A stretch of DNA of 64,000 nt from Candidatus Aquirickettsiella sp. (GTDB lineage Bacteria; Pseudomonadota; Gammaproteobacteria; Diplorickettsiales; Diplorickettsiaceae), in assembly GCA_036495935.1 (NCBI GenBank), contig DASXLX010000054.1, positions 23,464 to 87,463 on the forward strand. Direction: 5' to 3'. How positions within the stretch are numbered: the stretch's first letter is position 1; every line of letters starts with the position of its first letter. Position numbers and translations under genes: made by a program. Of the stretch, positions 58,902-64,000 are shown one piece after another. The notes beneath the pieces are model-generated. The model had not been told where the DNA came from. It saw only the letters and a program-made list of their open reading frames with translations, and made no database searches.

Positions 58902-59512
58902 CCATTCAATCCTTTTTGCAAAGAATTTATCCGAGCTTCTAATCGAGCACAATCGTCGCGCAAATCATCAACATCGGAAAAAAAAAACTGTAATTCTTCG
59001 TCTGGAACCAACCAATTCATTTCCGTTTGGACATAATTTGTTACATTTTGACCAAGATTTTCTATATTTTGTCTAGCCCAAAGACTTATTGCTTTAAGTG
59101 CTTGTATCAAGGGGTACGCTATAGCATCACCTATTTTTTTTGATAATTGTTCTTCGTAATCTATCTCAAGAGTTGAAAAAAAATCTCTAAATTGCTTTCC
59201 AAACTCCATGTCACCTACAATCTGTAGAGGAATATCTGTAAATGCTTTATCTTTCTTTATAAATGCCATGCGTAAAAAATCAAAAGTTGAACCACGTAAT
59301 ATTAAATCAGCAGGTCCGTTATAATCTTTACTTAAATAAATTGAATTGGATTTAAAAAGCCAATAATAGATAAGTGAACCCCATTCTATCTTTACGACCC
59401 TCCCAGACAATTGGCGCAAATGTTTTTTAGATTCTGGGTCAAGGTTTAGATAGCGATTAAGTATCGCTTCTTGAGCAGATAATATTATATTGGAGCTAAT
59501 CAAAATTTCCAC
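58898..59512 (-). CDS. ubiJ: Ubiquinone biosynthesis accessory factor UbiJ (SCP2-like)
   Basis: 204 aa located between ubiE and ubiB. SCP2-like N-terminal half, coiled C-terminus. Confidence 0.7.
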   Translation of the reverse strand: MEILISSNIILSAQEAILNRYLNLDPESKKHLRQLSGRVVKIEWGSLIYYWLFKSNSIYLSKDYNGPADLILRGSTFDFLRMAFIKKDKAFTDIPLQIVGDMEFGKQFRDFFSTLEIDYEEQLSKKIGDAIAYPLIQALKAISLWARQNIENLGQNVTNYVQTEMNWLVPDEELQFFFSDVDDLRDDCARLEARINSLQKGLNG

Positions 59513-60246
59513 GCTCTATGTAACGCGACTATTCCACCGCTAAGATTATAGTATTCACATTCATCAAATCCTGTGTCTAAGATGAGTGTCTGAAGTGTTT
59601 TTTGATCGGGATGACGACGTATGGATTCAATTAAATAACGATAACTTGCTTCATCATTAGCAATCCATTCCCCTAATATAGGTAAAAAATCGAAGGAATA
59701 ACGATTATATAAGTTCTGTAAAAACCCTAATATTGGTTTAGAAAACTCTAAAACAAGTAAACGACCACCTGGTTTCAAAACCTGATACATAGATTTTAGT
59801 GCAGTTTGCTTATTCGTTACATTGCGTAATCCAAAAGCTATACTCAGACAATCAAAACTAGCCTCCGCAAAGGGTAAATACTCTGCATTGGCTTGGATGG
59901 AGCTTATTTCCGAAAATCCTAAATCCAGTAGCCGATCTCGCCCTATATTTAGCATAGCAGCATTAATATCTAACAAAATTGCCTTACCCTGTGGTCCTAT
60001 TTGTTTAGCAAATGCTTTTACCAAATCACCAGTACCTCCTGCCACATCAAGTACACTATCTCCCTTACGAAGTTGAGATAATTCCACCGTAAATTTTTTC
60101 CATAGACGATGCAACCCAAAAGACATCAGATCATTCATAAGATCATATTTGCCTGCTACTGACTGAAAAATTTCAGCCACTCGGTTATTTTTTTCACTCA
60201 CGGGAATACTTTGATAACCAAAATCTGTAGTCAAGGTTTCATTCAT
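59500..60246 (-). CDS. ubiE: Demethylmenaquinone/ubiquinone C-methyltransferase
   Basis: FGYQSIPVSEK, YDLMNDLMSFGLHRLWK, VLDVAGGTGD. Confidence 0.95.
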   Translation of the reverse strand: MNETLTTDFGYQSIPVSEKNNRVAEIFQSVAGKYDLMNDLMSFGLHRLWKKFTVELSQLRKGDSVLDVAGGTGDLVKAFAKQIGPQGKAILLDINAAMLNIGRDRLLDLGFSEISSIQANAEYLPFAEASFDCLSIAFGLRNVTNKQTALKSMYQVLKPGGRLLVLEFSKPILGFLQNLYNRYSFDFLPILGEWIANDEASYRYLIESIRRHPDQKTLQTLILDTGFDECEYYNLSGGIVALHRAWKF

Positions 60247-60495
60247 TTTAATGCTCGATAGAAAATCTGCATAAGGATTATCATTATTCTAGTTGTTCTA
60301 TCTTAACTACCTAGCTGATTTTGAGCAAGAAAATGCTCATTTTAATAACTCATAATTCTAGAATCTTCAAATGTGTATGATTTAAATTAATCAAATAATT
60401 AAATAAAAAGTTAAATGCAGCTAAGCTTTTAATTTCTTCAATCCAATATTTTAACTGAAACAAAGTAGTAGGAAATAATGCGTGAATTATTGAAC

Positions 60496-61143
60496 CTAAT
60501 GCTTAAGTTGTGATCCTGTAAAAGTAGAATAGGATGTATGCCTACGCAACACTGTTAAAGCGTGCGGACTTTTAACATCGGTCCATAACTCTAAGGCTTG
60601 CAAGGGGGTTAACTCATTAGCTGGATCATTTAAACCCCGGATTGCATGTAAGATTTCCATCAAGCTAATAAAATCATAACTTAAGGCACTATAAAGAGAA
60701 GCGGAACTTGCTTTTGACAAGCTTGCTACCTGAATATAGGCTGATTGACCTAGCTCAATAAAATACTTAATTTTTACATGTCTTTTTTCAGCCTGCTCAG
60801 GAAAAAACCCGGCAAACAATAAACATTTATCTCCTACCTCACGTAAACACTCTCGTTGCCTAGAGCACCTTTCAGTCATACCAGTTAGAAATTCTTTCGC
60901 TAAAACTGAATTGGCGATATCAGGCCGATGATTATAGTACCCTAATAAAAAAACTAAGTAACTTTCTAATTCATTGTTCAACCTGAGATTGCTGCTAGAT
61001 TTTGCATCCTTAACCAAAGACTGCCATTGAGCTGTAGTAGTTGGTTGCAATAAAAGCACACCCATGATAAAACCTCTCAATATTAATTGCCTTTCTATCA
61101 GTGTAGAACACGCTAGCCGAAATGCCTTACTTTGCGTTATCAT
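60496..61143 (-). CDS. Hypothetical soluble, predicted all-helical protein
   Basis: 215 aa (or 189 aa from MGVLLLQ at 61065). No TM, no motif recognised. Divergent from typA. Confidence 0.5.
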   Translation of the reverse strand: MITQSKAFRLACSTLIERQLILRGFIMGVLLLQPTTTAQWQSLVKDAKSSSNLRLNNELESYLVFLLGYYNHRPDIANSVLAKEFLTGMTERCSRQRECLREVGDKCLLFAGFFPEQAEKRHVKIKYFIELGQSAYIQVASLSKASSASLYSALSYDFISLMEILHAIRGLNDPANELTPLQALELWTDVKSPHALTVLRRHTSYSTFTGSQLKH

Positions 61144-61187
61144 GCACTCTTTTTGAACATTCCTAATACCTAATTTCTTAAACTATC

Positions 61188-63002
61188 ATGATCCAAAATA
61201 TACGTAATATCGCCATAATTGCCCATGTGGACCATGGGAAAACCACACTTGTTGATAAACTATTACAACAATCCGGCACTCTCTCGAGCAGGGTTGCTCC
61301 AGTGGAGCGTATTATGGATAGTAATGACTTGGAACGTGAGCGTGGCATTACTATCCTCGCAAAAAATACTTCTATCGAGTGGCATGGTTATCGTATTAAT
61401 ATTGTCGACACTCCTGGGCATGCTGACTTTGGCGGAGAAGTGGAACGTATCTTGGCTATGGTAGATTCTGTCTTGCTGTTAGTAGACGCTGTAGATGGTC
61501 CTATGCCACAAACACGTTTTGTTACGCAAAAAGCCTTTGCTAAAGGTCTAAAGCCTATTGTCGTCGTTAATAAAATTGACAGGCCCAGCGCCCGTCCTGA
61601 TTGGGTTATTAATCAGGTTTTTGATTTATTCGATCGTTTAGGCGCAACCGAAGAACAATTAGATTTTCCTATTATCTATGCTTCTGCTTTACAAGGTTAT
61701 GCAACATTAGACCTTAAAAAACCAAGCTCTGATCTGACTCCTTTATTTGAAACTATCATTAATAAAGTTGCCCCCCCCGCAGTCGACCCTCAAGGCCCCT
61801 TTCAAATGCAAATTACCACCTTGGATTATTCCAGTTATGTAGGCACTATTGGTATTGGTCGAGTTCAGAGAGGATGCGCTAAGTCTAATATGCCTGTTGT
61901 ATTAATTGACAGAGAAGGAAAAACTCGGCCTGCTCGTATATTACAAATTTTAGGTTATCGCGGCTTAGAACGAATAGAAATCGATCAAGCAGAAGCTGGC
62001 GATATTATAGCCGTAACAGGTATTGATAAGCTGAATATCTCTGACACGTTGTGTGATCCTAATTTAGTGGAAGCTTTACCCGCTTTGATAGTTGATGAGC
62101 CTACGATGAGCATGACCTTCCAGGTTAATAACTCACCTTTTGCAGGTAAAGATGGAAAATTTGTTACCAGTCGCCAAATTAGAGAGCGTCTCGACAGGGA
62201 ACTACTACATAATGTTGCGCTTAAAGTTGCAGACACAGAAGATCCCAATCGATTCCGCGTCTCTGGAAGAGGAGAATTGCATTTATCGATATTAATCGAA
62301 ACTATGCGTCGTGAAGGGTATGAGTTGGGTGTATCTCGTCCTGAAGTTATTCTAAAGGAAATTGATGGTGAGCTGAAAGAACCCTACGAAAACTTAACCG
62401 TAGATCTGGAAGAACAACATCAAGGTAACATCATGGAAAAATTAGGTAGTCGACGTGGCGATCTAATAGATATGGTATCTGATGGTAAAGGACGCGTCCG
62501 ACTAGATTATAAAATCCCCACGCGCGCTTTAATTGGTTTTCGTACAGAATTTTTAACTGCAACTTCTGGCTTGGGATTGATGCATCATGTATTCGATCAT
62601 TACGGTCCAGTGAAAAAAGGGACAATAGCTAATCGAGCAAATGGTGTCATGATCTCCAATCAAGTCGGTAAAGCGACTGGATTTTCCTTATTTAATTTAC
62701 AAGAGCGTGGAAAACTATTAATAGGTCCACAAACTGATGTCTATGAAGGGATGATCGTAGGCATTCATTCGCGCGATAACGACTTAGTTGTTAATGTCGT
62801 AAAAGGGAAGCAGCTCACGAATGTTCGAGCTTCAGGTTCAGATGAAAACATCATTTTGACTCCCCCCATAACATTTTCCTTAGAGCAAGCATTAGAATTT
62901 ATCGCTGATGATGAATTATTAGAAGTCACACCGCATTATTTGCGTTTACGTAAAAAGTTTTTAAAAGAACATGAACGTAAACGTTCCGGACGAGATGTTT
63001 AA
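61188..63002 (+). CDS. typA: Translational GTPase TypA/BipA
   Basis: 604 aa. [32 protein letters not shown]. Confidence 0.95.
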   Translation: MIQNIRNIAIIAHVDHGKTTLVDKLLQQSGTLSSRVAPVERIMDSNDLERERGITILAKNTSIEWHGYRINIVDTPGHADFGGEVERILAMVDSVLLLVDAVDGPMPQTRFVTQKAFAKGLKPIVVVNKIDRPSARPDWVINQVFDLFDRLGATEEQLDFPIIYASALQGYATLDLKKPSSDLTPLFETIINKVAPPAVDPQGPFQMQITTLDYSSYVGTIGIGRVQRGCAKSNMPVVLIDREGKTRPARILQILGYRGLERIEIDQAEAGDIIAVTGIDKLNISDTLCDPNLVEALPALIVDEPTMSMTFQVNNSPFAGKDGKFVTSRQIRERLDRELLHNVALKVADTEDPNRFRVSGRGELHLSILIETMRREGYELGVSRPEVILKEIDGELKEPYENLTVDLEEQHQGNIMEKLGSRRGDLIDMVSDGKGRVRLDYKIPTRALIGFRTEFLTATSGLGLMHHVFDHYGPVKKGTIANRANGVMISNQVGKATGFSLFNLQERGKLLIGPQTDVYEGMIVGIHSRDNDLVVNVVKGKQLTNVRASGSDENIILTPPITFSLEQALEFIADDELLEVTPHYLRLRKKFLKEHERKRSGRDV

Positions 63003-63128
63003 ATAAACTAAGCTTTTTTACTCCTGTTTAAGTTCATGTTGCTTATTCTAAGAATTTTTATGAAAACCTGTTGTATAATTCATAGTATTTATGAAAACTT
63101 ATTCTAAACTCAAGCTTTGGAAATTAGC

Positions 63129-64000
63129 ATGGCAGCAGAAAATCTAGAAGAAATTGTATCTTTATGTAAACGCCGAGGATTCATCTTCCCTAGTGCTGAA
63201 ATTTATGGGGGCCTACAAGGTGTCTATGATTATGGCCCATTAGGTGTGGAATTAAAAAATAATTTAAAAGCCGCCTGGTGGAAATCTAATGTTTACGAGC
63301 GTGATGATATCTATGGATTAGATTCTGCCATTTTGACACATCGAAAAATTTTTTATTATTCCGGTCACGAAAGCACCTTTGCTGATTTACTTGTCGATTG
63401 TAAACAATGTAAAAAGCGTTGGCGTTTGGATCATCTTATAGATGGTAAATGTGAAGCATGTGGTTCTACCAATCTTACTGAGCCAAGAGCCTTCAATATG
63501 ATGTTTAAAACCACCATGGGCCCAGTAGAAGATCCTGATGCTTTTGCTTATCTGCGTCCCGAAACCGCACAAGGAATATTTACTAATTTTAAAAATGTTA
63601 TGGATTCTATGTCTCCTAAACTTCCTTTTGGCATAGCACAAATTGGTAAAGCTTTTAGAAACGAAATAACACCACGTAATTTTATTTTTAGAGTCAGAGA
63701 ATTTGAACAACTCGAGATTGAATTTTTTGTTAAACCGGGTGAAGATGAAAAATGGCATGAATATTGGGTTGAATCTCGTTTAGCGTGGTGGAAGAATCAA
63801 GGGTTAAATACCGAAAAATTAAAATTATTAACGCAAAGCACATCCGAACTGGCTCACTATGCAAAAGCAACCGTCGATATACTCTATAAATTCCCTCATG
63901 GCTTTGAAGAACTAGAAGGAATTGCTAATCGTACTGATTATGATTTAGGTTCGCATACGCAAGATCAAAATAAATTAAATATCAATGCTAAAGTATCTGT
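63129..64000 (+). CDS. glyQS: Glycine--tRNA ligase, homodimeric (alpha2, GlyQS) type, 5' part; runs off the right edge
   Basis: Own translation: [45 protein letters not shown]...[12 protein letters not shown]...[25 protein letters not shown] (class II motifs) with a CxxC...CxxC insert. Absent from the ORF track because no stop lies in the window. Confidence 0.9.
   Translation, partial: MAAENLEEIVSLCKRRGFIFPSAEIYGGLQGVYDYGPLGVELKNNLKAAWWKSNVYERDDIYGLDSAILTHRKIFYYSGHESTFADLLVDCKQCKKRWRLDHLIDGKCEACGSTNLTEPRAFNMMFKTTMGPVEDPDAFAYLRPETAQGIFTNFKNVMDSMSPKLPFGIAQIGKAFRNEITPRNFIFRVREFEQLEIEFFVKPGEDEKWHEYWVESRLAWWKNQGLNTEKLKLLTQSTSELAHYAKATVDILYKFPHGFEELEGIANRTDYDLGSHTQDQNKLNINAKVS

Noticed and set aside
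63387-63758. Track ORF 63387..63758 (minus), 123 aa
   Set aside because: It is antisense to the clearly coding glyQS frame, and its translation is the Phe/Lys/Ile-rich kind typical of an AT-rich antisense frame.
1-64000. Search for rRNA, tRNA, tmRNA, CRISPR arrays, transposases, integrases, phage genes, restriction-modification, toxin-antitoxin or other defence genes
   Set aside because: No cloverleaf-type T-arm words (GGTTCGAATCC-like) in the intergenic regions. No regularly spaced direct repeats. No ORF with transposase, integrase, nuclease-helicase or RT motifs. The window is essentially core-genome housekeeping plus small repeats.

Overview
Visibly AT-rich chromosomal segment (GC not computed) of a gammaproteobacterium. 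Gene content and order fit a host-associated Legionellales/Coxiellaceae-like lineage: Coq7-type ubiquinone pathway, ubiE-ubiJ-ubiB, kdsD-lptC-lptA-lptB-hpf, tandem TyrP/Mtr-type permeases, an ankyrin-repeat protein and a PqaA relic. This placement is inference only. The window holds about 60 densely packed protein genes, mostly housekeeping: accA, tkt-gap, rpoZ-spoT, panBC-coaBC, sodB, grxD, xthA, purB, clpB, ispH, typA, and an alpha2-type glyQS running off the right edge. I found no rRNA, tRNA, CRISPR array, transposase, phage gene or recognisable defence/toxin-antitoxin gene, and no convincing self-contained multi-gene novel system. The items not explained by routine annotation are: (1) two families of MITE-like long-hairpin repeats, family A with 4 copies and family B with 2-3, sitting in intergenic regions, 3'UTRs and one leader; (2) a tandem pair of diverged outer-membrane barrel genes, each with its own conserved terminator, plus a 608-bp palindrome-containing upstream region; (3) a leader upstream of an ABC importer without a binding-protein gene that carries G-run/C-run triplets able to form mutually exclusive helices, one of which occludes the Shine-Dalgarno sequence; (4) an uncharacterised PP-loop ATPase with three conserved-looking Cys, a TusA-like protein and a translationally coupled CDF transporter, downstream of a trans-sulfuration enzyme; (5) a TatA/B-like gene, an orphan receiver and an ankyrin protein where tatB/tatC normally follow ubiB; (6) gene decay and synteny erosion (pqaA and aqpZ pseudogenes; kdsC, rpoN, pgk and gmk absent from their usual neighbourhoods). 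All functional calls rest on my reading of the supplied translations and motifs. No database search was run.
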